This document shows, in pieces, positions 54,528 to 64,000 of a DNA stretch of 64,000 bases. The notes below the pieces were generated by a model. That model had not been told where the DNA came from, did no database searches, and worked only from the letters and a program-made list of their open reading frames with translations. The number at the start of each line of letters is the position of its first letter. Within the stretch, counting starts at the first letter, position 1. Position numbers and translations under genes: made by a program. Source of the stretch: Octopus vulgaris (Eukaryota); the NCBI GenBank assembly GCA_951406725.2, contig OX597818.1:29760001-29824000 (forward strand). The letters run 5' to 3'.

Positions 54528-55438
54528 GGATCTTTTCCTTTTGAACGGCACTTTTCAACACAATTTCTAGTTAACTAAACACTTTTAAACTTCGTATACT
54601 GGTAGAATGTGTTTATAAAACATCATTTTTTCTTGGCTTTATTGAAAAAATTCTATAGGTTGTAAGATATTTCGTCTGAAATTTCGAGCATTTCGGCAAT
54701 TTTAACCACTTGCTGGAGTCCATTTAGGTAAACAACATTCCGTGCTGTATGAATATGTCCCTCCTTTAAGAAACAGATTGGGTTTATTTACATTTGTGAA
54801 GAAAAAAGATACCCTTCCCTCACCCCTAACCCTAACTCTAACCCTAACTCTCAAACTTCCTGAGTCTAATCGCACGCAGAGTGTGAATGTGTGCTCTTCA
54901 TTGATGTTACGTCTCACAAATGAACCCTAACTAACCCCAACAAACCCTAAAGCTAAAATAGATTGAAAAGCAATAGATCGATACTAGGGCCATAATTATG
55001 GGTGACAATTTCATACGACACCGCTACGGAAAATGGGATTTTTTTCTAGCGGTGTCAAATGAAAATGTCACCCATAATTATGGCCCTAGTATCGATCTAT
55101 TGCATTTCAATCTATTTTAGATTTAAGGTTAGGGTTAGGGGTTGGGGAAGGCTATCTTTTTTTCTTCACAAATGTAAATAAACCCAATCTGTTTCGTAAA
55201 GGAGGGACATATTCATACAGCACGGAATGTTGTTTACCTAAATAGACTCCAGCGATTGGTTAAAATTGCCGAAATACTCGAATTTTCAGACGAAATATTT
55301 TACAACCTATAGAATTTTCTCAATTAAAGCCAAGAAAAAAATGATGTTTTTTAAACACATTCTACCAGTATACGAAGTTTAAAAGTGTTTAGTTAACTAG
55401 AAATATGTTACAAAGTGCCGTTCAAAAGGAAAAGATCC
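54528..55438. mobile_element. Fully palindromic (fold-back) relative of the Merlin-like MITE, with CCCTAA/TTAGGG tracts
   Basis: TIRs ggatcttttccttttgaacggcacttt / aaagtgccgttcaaaaggaaaagatcc. Each arm is homologous to 46932-47290. Degenerate TSD atccctt/acccctt. Confidence 0.85.
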
Positions 55439-56035
55439 ACCCCTTCACCCGATATATGCTAATAGTTTGGTGTTTGCTCTGACTGTCTAAAACTATGAAC
55501 TTGGGTTTTACTTTCAACATCCGATAAGAGCCAGTATAAGACTGCTGTAGTGATTACTTTGAATACATCATTGCATATGAAAACATGAATCCATTTATGA
55601 AACTCCAGTGGTACAAAAGATTTGATTGATGGTGAAGAAGAAGAAGAAGAAGAAGAAGAAGGAGAAGGAGGAGGAGGAGAAGAGAGAGACAAACAGAGAG
55701 GAGGGAGAGAAGTGGCGTGTAGAGTGGTGGTGTATTGACCATCTGAACGACAGCTGATGTAAACTTACCAACCCTTTACCACTACATATAAATTTATTAC
55801 GTTCATTCCTTTACGTCTAAACCGCAAATATTCCCGACAATTTATTCGGTTTATATAACCTTTACATGTGTGTGTGTGTGTGTGCGCGTGCGTGTGTGCC
55901 TGTCTTCTTTTTGATGGACAGAAGAAACTGCATGTGAACTGTTGTCAATTTACCAAACCCCTCCTTAAAGCTAAGTATTCCTCACATGCACCTCTCTTTT
56001 TTTCCCTCAACGTTTTAAAAGTGTAGAAGAACTTA

Positions 56036-56066
<31 letters not shown>

Positions 56067-56289
56067 ATGTATGTATGTATGTATGTATGTATCTGTATGC
56101 AGCTAAGTTACGGAGACTTAAACACACCAACATCGGTTGTCTAGCGATGGTGGTTGAGGTGGGGGACAAACACACAAATACATACACAGCTACTCCTACG
56201 CCTATTATGTTAAAGTTTTTATTATTTTGGAATGAAGAACATAGGTGCTGAGCCAGTGACTAAACTTGTAGTATTTTACAGTTCTATAT

Positions 56290-56653
56290 TTAAGAGATGA
56301 GGAATTATGTACATTATTTACATTTGACGGATATTTGTCCTCATCTTGTTTGTTGTTAACACAACGTTTCGACTGATATACCATCCAGCCATGGTGTCTT
56401 GGGGAAATTTCGAATCTGGGTTCTCGTTCCTAAGGTGTTTTTCGATGTTATTATTATTCAGGTCACTACCTGGAATCGAACTCGGAATCTTGGGGTTAGT
56501 TGCCCGCGCTCTTAACCACTACGCCAAATGCGCTCTTAACCACTACAACAAATCACAGCACGTAACCAAGGCACACAGAGCTGCGCTCGGTAGTGAAGTA
56601 AAAGCACGCTATAAAAATAAAACTACTGAATAATAATGATGATAATAATAATG

Positions 56654-56687
<34 letters not shown>

Positions 56688-56850
56688 GAAGAAGAAGAAG
56701 AAGAAGAAGAAGAAAAACATCGAAAAATACCTTAGGAATGAGAACCCAGGTTCGAAATCTCCCCAAGATGAAGGTTTGAGGATGTATTAGCCGAAACGTT
56801 GTGTTAACAACAAACAAGATGAGGACAAATATCAAATGTAAATAATGTAA
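56290..56850. mobile_element. Inverted-repeat element with internal tRNA-derived head and hammerhead-like remnants
   Basis: Arms 56308-56450 and 56714-56849 are reverse complements. Minus-strand tRNA-like segment at 56459-56531; cgaaacgttgtgt in both arms. Confidence 0.75.
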
Positions 56851-57027
56851 ATGTAGTAATTTTGTTGGGACTGCTCTGTAGCGGGCAGGATGAAAGATGT
56901 GATATCAGGTCGATATGATGTAGCCCACTACTATGATATGATGTAGCATGTTGATGTAACGCTTCAAGGTTTTCGCGTCGAAGTACCAATAAACATCGAA
57001 GAATCAACATCAAGAAGGAAGAAATAT

Positions 57028-57392
57028 TAGGAGTGGCTGTGTGGTAAGTAGCTTGCTTACCAACCACATGGTTCCAGGTTAAGTCCCACTGTGTGACACC
57101 TTGGGCAAATGTCTTCTACTATAGCCTCGTTCCGACCAAAGCCTTGTGAGTGGATATGGTTGGCGGAAACTGAAAGAAGCCCGTCGAATGTGTGTGTGTG
57201 TGTATGTTTGTGTTTCTGTGTTTGTCCCCTCGATGCTGGTGTGTTTACGTCCCCGTAACTCATCAGTTCGGCAAAAGAGACGGATAGAATAAGTACTAGG
57301 CTTACAAAGAATAAGTCCTGGGATCGATTTGCTCGACTAAAGGCGGTGCTCCTGCATGGCCGCAGTCAAATGACTGAAACAAGTAAAAGAAT
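57028..57392 (+). mobile_element. SINE family A copy
   Basis: ggagtggctgtgtggtaagtagcttgc...gcatggccgcagtcaaatgactgaaacaagtaaaaga. Confidence 0.9.
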
Positions 57393-58546
57393 ATATATGT
57401 TTATTCGTTTGTCCGACAGGTAGTTAAAGAGACAGTAGTAATTCTAGTGATAGTGACAACAAGGTTGGCTCGTTGGTTAGTAGTTGATAGTGTAGAAAAA
57501 GGTTGTCAGTCAGTAGAGAGTGAAAGAATAAGGAATGCACCGTGCTGACTAGAAAGGATAGAGGTGGCGTTGTCTTTCTTGCGGCCGACTAAAGTGCTGC
57601 TCTTGGTAATGGATGACACAAAAGAGTGTGTTTCTCCTTGATCTGACTGACACAAATGTGGATGGGACAGAACTGTTCTCTGTTATATAGACTATGGTCA
57701 GTAACGTAAGCAAAGGACTGACCTTTCCTTGACCTGCACAGATCCTAGTGTCTGTGTTTCCTCATCAATCATCTGGTGTGGAGAGGATTTCCCGGTTGTT
57801 TTGACAAGCAAGAAGTGGGTAGATTTGGTTTCAAATCTCAGGGTCAAACTAGATCTCTACTACTCCAATGAATTGACAGTAAGGTAGTTGCTTTTATCAG
57901 AAACGTTTACCTTTAAAGAGGAAAAACGACGTATACGACAGGTATGTTGTGTACTTATTTCTCTGTTCTTTCGGCTATGCTGTAGAAATTGTTGCACGCA
58001 CGCACCACACACAAACACAAACATTCTCCAGACATTTAGCTGTTGTTTTTAGCGTATCGAGTTTCGTGATGAGGGCTTCACATGCTGCGATCCTTTTGCT
58101 GTTTCACTATAAATCTACGCATGCGGAATCGGACAAAACAGCCGTTCATTTTCACTTTTAGACAGCGGGATGAGGTAGCGAGGTGGGGTGTTGATAAATT
58201 TTGGAGTTTTTCATAAAAAGTTGAAATGATAATGTTTTTTCCCCATATTTTTTATCTCCGTATTTTCCCACGTAGATTGAAAAAGGAAATTTTGAAGAAA
58301 GGTTAAAAATTAAAAATTTGGGGGTGGGGGTGAAATAAAATATTTTGAAAACGTGGGTTTTTTCACATTCGGAATCTCCGACATCAAAAACATAGGAAGC
58401 CGGTGAAAAAAAAAAGAAAAAGAAATACTATCTACATATATTTATTCGTTTGCCCGACCGGTAGTTAGAGGACGAAGTTGCTGTCTGCTAGTCGAGAGGG
58501 AAAGAGAAAGGAATGCACGGTGCTGCCTAGAAAGGAAGAAAAGATA

Positions 58547-58708
58547 AAGGTGACTCTGCTCTGATTGGTTGTATGCAAATGAGTTAATTACTGGGGTCCG
58601 GACTCTCGTGGAAAATTTTCGTACTCAGAGCAGCGAAATATTTCTCTCACGAGTGTTCCGGACCCCAGCAATGAACTCATTTGCATACAGCCAATCAGAG
58701 CTCACCTT
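58547..58708. repeat. ~160-bp hairpin palindrome with ATGCAAAT and CCAAT in each arm
   Basis: aaggtga..gctctgattggttgtatgcaaatgagtt..ctggggtccgga versus tccggaccccag..aactcatttgcatacagccaatcagagctcacctt. Confidence 0.85.
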
Positions 58709-59510
58709 GACCATGTCAAGTTAACAAACACAGTCTACTAAGTAAACTCAAAACGAAGAACGGTGTTGTGATCGCCAAGCTATGTCTGATTTTAGGAGAC
58801 AAGTAATTAGATAGATTTGCATTTATACCTATTATCGGATTTTGTTAGGGCCCCATATGGTAAAGATGAGGATGGGAAATATGTGGGTAGAGGGTGATGT
58901 GCTAGCAACCCTTTACCCTTGCTGTTTTATAAAGTAAACACCACAAATAACTACGCAGAAGCAGTCATGGTTGAAACAAGAACAAGAACATCAAGCATTA
59001 TTAAAAGAGAAAAGAAACATGGTTATTCTTTACCCAAGTGACCTTATCTTATCGCGCTCATAAATTAGTTTGATAGTTAAGCTCTAATTGACTGTATGCA
59101 AATGAATCCATAACAGGGGTCGGCTCGTGGGAAAAGAAATTTCGCCACCGGGCGGCACACACTCTAGTTACGCTAATGACCTTAACCCTTTCGTTCCAGT
59201 TCAGTGCAACTCATCCCACACCTCACCTTCCGTATACTACAGGCAAAAATAGCCGAACGATTGTCAAAAGATTTAGGATATCAAATGATCACAGTCTATT
59301 CTAGATTTCAGCCATGACTGCAGAGGAGACAAAAAGTATCTACTATATTTATAAGGTGAGTGGAGCCTACCCATCCACCCATCCACACAAATACTTGCAC
59401 TGAATTCTAATAATGATTTCAATATGCAGATACTAACCAGATAATTTTACACTATTTTACATTCGTCCCAATATTTTAAAGTAGAGTTTACAATTTACTT
59501 TTAATGTCCC

Positions 59511-59636
59511 ACCTTTACATTTAATGTTCCATCCATCTGACATCCTACAAACCTTTACATTTAATGTTCCATCCATCTGACATCCTACAAACCTTTACAT
59601 TTAATGTTCCATCCATCTGACATCCTACAAACCTTT
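59511..59636. repeat. Perfect 40-bp minisatellite, three copies
   Basis: acctttacatttaatgttccatccatctgacatcctacaa repeated at 59511, 59551 and 59591. Confidence 0.95.
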
Positions 59637-60014
59637 TCAATACGATTTGTTCTTTATTTGTCCTCCATAGTTGTGAGTATCTAAGAGTGAAACCCGGTGT
59701 AGAGTGTCACCTGATAAGTGACGATATGTGTGTGTGTGTGTATGTGTGTGTGTGTGTGTGAATGCAATATACAGTTGATTGGGAGAGAGAAGCTAGGTGT
59801 GTATACTCTGAGGAGCACGTAACAAACCGTTAGACGTTCTGCCAGGAGACTTCTTCACTCTCCCATCTCCCTCCATTTATTTCCTCCGCTCTCTTCTCTT
59901 TCTCCTTCCCCTCTCTCTCTTTCTGTCTTTCTCGTCGTCACATCAATAGGATAGAAAGAACGTGCATCCTTTTCATGGTTACCCAATATGAGGCTTTGTA
60001 ATATTTAAATATAT

Positions 60015-60480
60015 AAGTACATACATACATAGATGGTGATTGCTCCGTCTTAACACATGATAGTCGTCTCTTTGAGCTTCCTCGTTGTCAATAGTAACCT
60101 GACCTTTCGTCTACGACTTCTCGGATGACTATTCATTCCTGCTACAGATTTCCATTTTTTTGAAGTGTAGGTGGCAGACAAAAGTTGTAACTTCCATCGG
60201 ATTGATTGGATCACTTTGTGAAATACGATCTGTATGGACTGCTATATGTCTCTTCAAACCCGGAATCGACTTGCAAACCCTTTTACACCACACACTTCCA
60301 ATCATTCGGCCTCGGAGGAGGGACATTACGTAGAGTCCATCTTTCATGAAACCTGGTTGACATACTACCTTAGAAAAAGTACACAATCACACGCTTCACA
60401 CCTCCAGCACCTGTTCTCACTGGATTCTAATGACAGCCCCTCCGAAGTCAGTGCTTTAGACTGTAGCAAAGCCTAAAATC
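60015..60480 (-). mobile_element. LINE (RTE-like) 3' end with C2H2-like knuckles and (TATG)n tail
   Basis: WCKRVCKSIPGLKRHIAVH and FVCHL on the minus strand, followed by catctatgtatgtatgta. Confidence 0.55.
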
Positions 60481-60989
60481 AAAACCTTATAGTATTAATA
60501 ACAAGAATCAGACCACATTAAATTCAGGCGGGGTTGCAGAAATTACCCTATATTATAAAATGTTTTATAATGTTCTTGAATTTCAGGCGCAAAAAAGGGA
60601 TTACATAAGCAACAACGGAGAAGCGTCAGCGCAGAGAGGTAAGGAAAGATTTCGGAGAAGATAAATGAACACAGGATTAGTGGCCTCTAACTGACCTGTG
60701 TTTAAAAGAAGTACTTAGTCTTCAATGAACTTCTCCAAGCACATATCATGGACACAATATCCTCACTTCTCGTTACACAAATAAATAACCAGCCAATTTC
60801 TCGTGAAAAACAAATCAGAGGCGTACGTACGATGCACAGACACCAAGCCCTTTAAATAGATAAGTTTCCTTGGTTACTGCTTAAACCTGGGTTAAAGGAA
60901 CTGCAGCGAGTCCTAACATTCGATCCCCGTTTTCTTCATCATCACATTAATGCCATTAATGAACCACAATTGAAACATGCAATTTTCAC

Positions 60990-63700
60990 GTGTGCACCCA
61001 GTTTATCGATGAATTGACTTGCCGGAATTATGTTTCTGGCATTCAGCTTTGTTGCCAATATTTTTCCCACTCGACGCAGATACTCTCTTTTTGTCTTTTC
61101 CTTCATGTCGTTGTGTTTCATTCCATCCACCTCAAGTATTCCCGGGTATTTATAGCTGAATTGAGGTTAAATAGCCATCATCATTTCACCACTTGGCAAC
61201 CATATGCCGTCTGTCCTGACATGCTCTCCTCGTCTCATTACTATCATAGCACATTTTGAGAGTATAAACCCCATCTTAATATCATTGGAGAACATCCGCA
61301 GACTGGATAACTTCACTTCGTCCATGAATAGCAAGTTTTTCAGTTTTCCCTTACCTCTTCTAAGATCACACCCCAACTTTGTTTTCTGCAGTATTTCATT
61401 CAAGGGGATCATTCCCAGCATGAAGATCAGTGGGAACACATTATCCCCATGGAAGATTCCTCTCTTGATTTTCACCTCTCCTAATACTTGATTCCCTTCT
61501 GTCAATTCCGTTCTCCAGCATTTCATGCTATTCCATATAAGGCTTCTCATATTTTCTGCTACTCCATACATTTCCATTGTTCTTATTATCCAGGAGTGTG
61601 GTATCATATGGTATGCTTTACAATAGTCAACCCATGCCATACTCAGGTTTGTGTGTCTTCTCTTGCAGTTCCTGATAATTAAATTATCAATTAAGAGCTG
61701 ATCCTTGGTTCTCCGGCTCCTCTTTCGGCACCCTTTCTGTTCAGTAGGTTGCAGCCCACTTTTTTCCAAGTATCCAAACAGTTCACCGACCAAACATCTG
61801 ACATTAGTCTCCAGATTAGCGGAAAGCATGTTATTGGTCTAAAGTTGGATGCAACATATCCCTTTTTAGGATTCTTGGCACATAACAATGTCCTTCCCTT
61901 TGTCATCCAGCACTCATCTAGCTGTTGTACTATTCTTTCATGGAGCCCTCTCAGCTTCTTCATCCAATAACCTTGGATCCCATCCGGTCCTGTGCTCTTC
62001 CAATTTTGGAATTTTCTTAACTACTTTTTCATCATTTCTGTAGTTATTTTTATGGCTTCTTGGCCTTCTATATTTCTTAACCTATCCTGGATTTCACGCA
62101 GCCACTCCGCTTCATCATTATGCTCTACAGGTAGGTCCCAGATCCCTCTACAGTGAAAATGTCGATTAAACGACATCCTATTATTTAATGAGCATGAGAT
62201 AAAGAGGGGACACCATCTTGTACGGAGTAACAAGAAAATAGGAATTCGCGAGACGATTGTAATAAGTCATAACATATTTATTATTGGAGGTAATGCGTTA
62301 ACATATAAGGTTAATTGAAGGAAAGCTTGTAACATTACATGAACATATTCTTTTTTGCAATCGCATGTCTCCAATTAAGTGAAGCGAATATATGCGCGTT
62401 CAAGTGCGTGTATGCAGGAGGCCTGATTCAATGCCAGTCTAAGACTGGACAGACACTTGTTCCTTTATATAAGAGATGAATCGGAAGTCCTCGACTTCCA
62501 CGTTAACCGGAAGCTTCTAGAATGTTCGAGAACTTTCTAGAAGGTCGAGGGAGATTACTCTCGTTAAATTTCTTTTCCGTTTTGCTTTCCTGCTTGACCG
62601 CCAGGGTTCACTAGACCTCTCCAGAATGCTCTGCTTTCCTCTGGATCTGGTGTCATTGTTACATGTAATTGCCCATCTAGTTCCTGAAACAGTTTCTTCT
62701 GATTTGCTTCAAACAATCTGTTTTGCCTGAATTGTTTTGTTCTATTGTCATATTCTTCCAGTTTTGCTTTGATTGCTACTATTCTTTGTTTCAGTTTTTC
62801 CAGTATCACATCATACTCTTTATCTCTTATTCTATATGTTGTTTCCAGCATTATTCTTATGCTTTCGTTCTGCAATTCCTCTCTTCTCAATCTATCAGCT
62901 TGTCCTATCTGACTTTTTTACCTTTGTTTCACACAAATTCGTCTACGCCAGTATGGTTCCTTACATTCTGTTTGTTCTTTTCTTTTGTATTCAACTCTCT
63001 CTGCAACAACCATAGCTGCATCCCAAATAATCTTGTTAATTTCAGCAATATTTCTCGTCTGGAATAGACCATGGACCGAATCTATCTTTTCGGTTTCAGC
63101 TTTGAGCTTGCGTCGATCAACGTATTTCAGGTTGCGGGGTGCTTGATCCTGGTCTTCTCTAATATATCGGCACAGCATCCTCGCTATATCTCGTTGGTCA
63201 TCATCTTATTCTTGTGGTATAGCTCTTCCTATTACTTCTGTTTCATTTGCTGAAAATGCATTTACATTTACACTTTGCTCTACATCTTCACTTCCGCCAT
63301 CCATTTCTCTGTTCTCACCGGGCACGTTATCTGTTGGCGAAGTATTATTTCTGTTTTCTACTTTCTTTCTTATTTCTTCAATTTCCATGTCTGTTAGCCG
63401 CCCTTTTGCTCTTATTGCTCTTGCTTGGTCCGGTAACCGTTGCTCACTTATTTCATATTTCATATTTCATTTATTCTGCTTTCATCGTTGTCGGACCCTC
63501 CCCCATCCTTCTACTGGGTTCACTCCTGATACAGCATTCAATTATCGTTCGGTTTGCTTCCCTATCCTATGTTCTTCTCTGCCTCTGGCTTTGTGTACAA
63601 GTAGTCTCTGGATGACGACTGGACCTGCACTGCACAACCACATGGTACCTTTGGTTCCAACCTCATTAACACTGTTATTTGATACATTTGTTTTAGACAT
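60990..63700 (-). mobile_element. R4/Dong-clade-like non-LTR retrotransposon remnant (N-terminus and RT), interrupted at 62150-62615
   Basis: [88 protein letters not shown]. Confidence 0.85.
62219..62568 (-). mobile_element. LTR-like insert with heat-shock element, TATA box and AATAAA
   Basis: Imperfect inverted termini tgtacggagtaa / ttactctcgttaaa. On the minus strand: HSE 62543-62509, TATATAAA 62471-62464, AATAAA 62282-62277. Confidence 0.6.
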
Positions 63701-64000
63701 TTTCACTCAACAATGAGGTTTGTGTTTTATGGTTAGCCACCAACCAGTATTTTTATCGAGACACCATCTGTGTGCAACACGTATCAGTGTTTTAGTAGAT
63801 ACATACAAATATTTACATATTTGTATATATGAAATCATTAGCGTAATAAATTAGGAATATTATTTTTAGAAAATAAATGAGTTTATTGAGTTAAAAATTC
63901 TCACTATCACTCTACAAAGAGTGAATACACAAAAATGGGTCAGACAAGACGGACAAAGTTAAAACAACGGAGTTAGAAACATTGTTATTTGGATTTTCTG

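Noticed and set aside
54824-54950. True or fused telomere
   Set aside because: Only a few degenerate CCCTAA units, internal to a MITE and mirrored in its other arm.
56459-56531. Functional tRNA gene
   Set aside because: A and B boxes are present, but the acceptor and anticodon stems are poor and it is embedded in a repeat. It is a tRNA-derived head.
59511-59636. 40-bp repeats as a CRISPR array
   Set aside because: The units are contiguous with no spacers; the context is eukaryotic and there are no cas genes.
59785-59835. Hammerhead at ctgaggagcacgtaacaaacc
   Set aside because: It lacks the G of GAAA and stems I and II do not form; at best a decayed remnant.
60129-60386. Host C2H2 zinc-finger gene
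   Set aside because: The fingers are incomplete and frameshifted and are followed by a (TATG)n tail, which fits a LINE 3' end.

Overview
AT-rich, repeat-dense eukaryotic DNA. It is very probably octopus (coleoid cephalopod), inferred from its tRNA-derived SINE families and RTE retroposons. It holds one intact host gene on the + strand, a nucleosome assembly protein 1-like histone chaperone (NAP1L1/NAP1L4 family). The gene has a probable non-coding first exon ending at 18168 and 15 coding exons from 26354 to 43197. By hand these splice through GT-AG introns into a stop-free 1176-nt CDS (391 aa) ending in the CKQQ prenylation motif. The rest is mostly transposon debris: RTE and R4/Dong-like LINEs, SINEs, mariner, piggyBac, Merlin-like MITEs, a Helitron helicase remnant and Penelope-like palindromes. 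Highlights: (1) a perfect 7-unit heat-shock element plus TATA box in an LTR-like insert; (2) an inverted-repeat element with a tRNA-derived head and remnants of a minimal hammerhead ribozyme; (3) a candidate in-frame cassette exon in the NAP1 acidic tail; (4) an octamer/CCAAT palindrome; (5) a fold-back Merlin-like MITE that captured a mariner transposase fragment inside a TTAGGG tract. Repeat boundaries were read by eye and are approximate unless target-site duplications (TSDs) or terminal inverted repeats (TIRs) are quoted.
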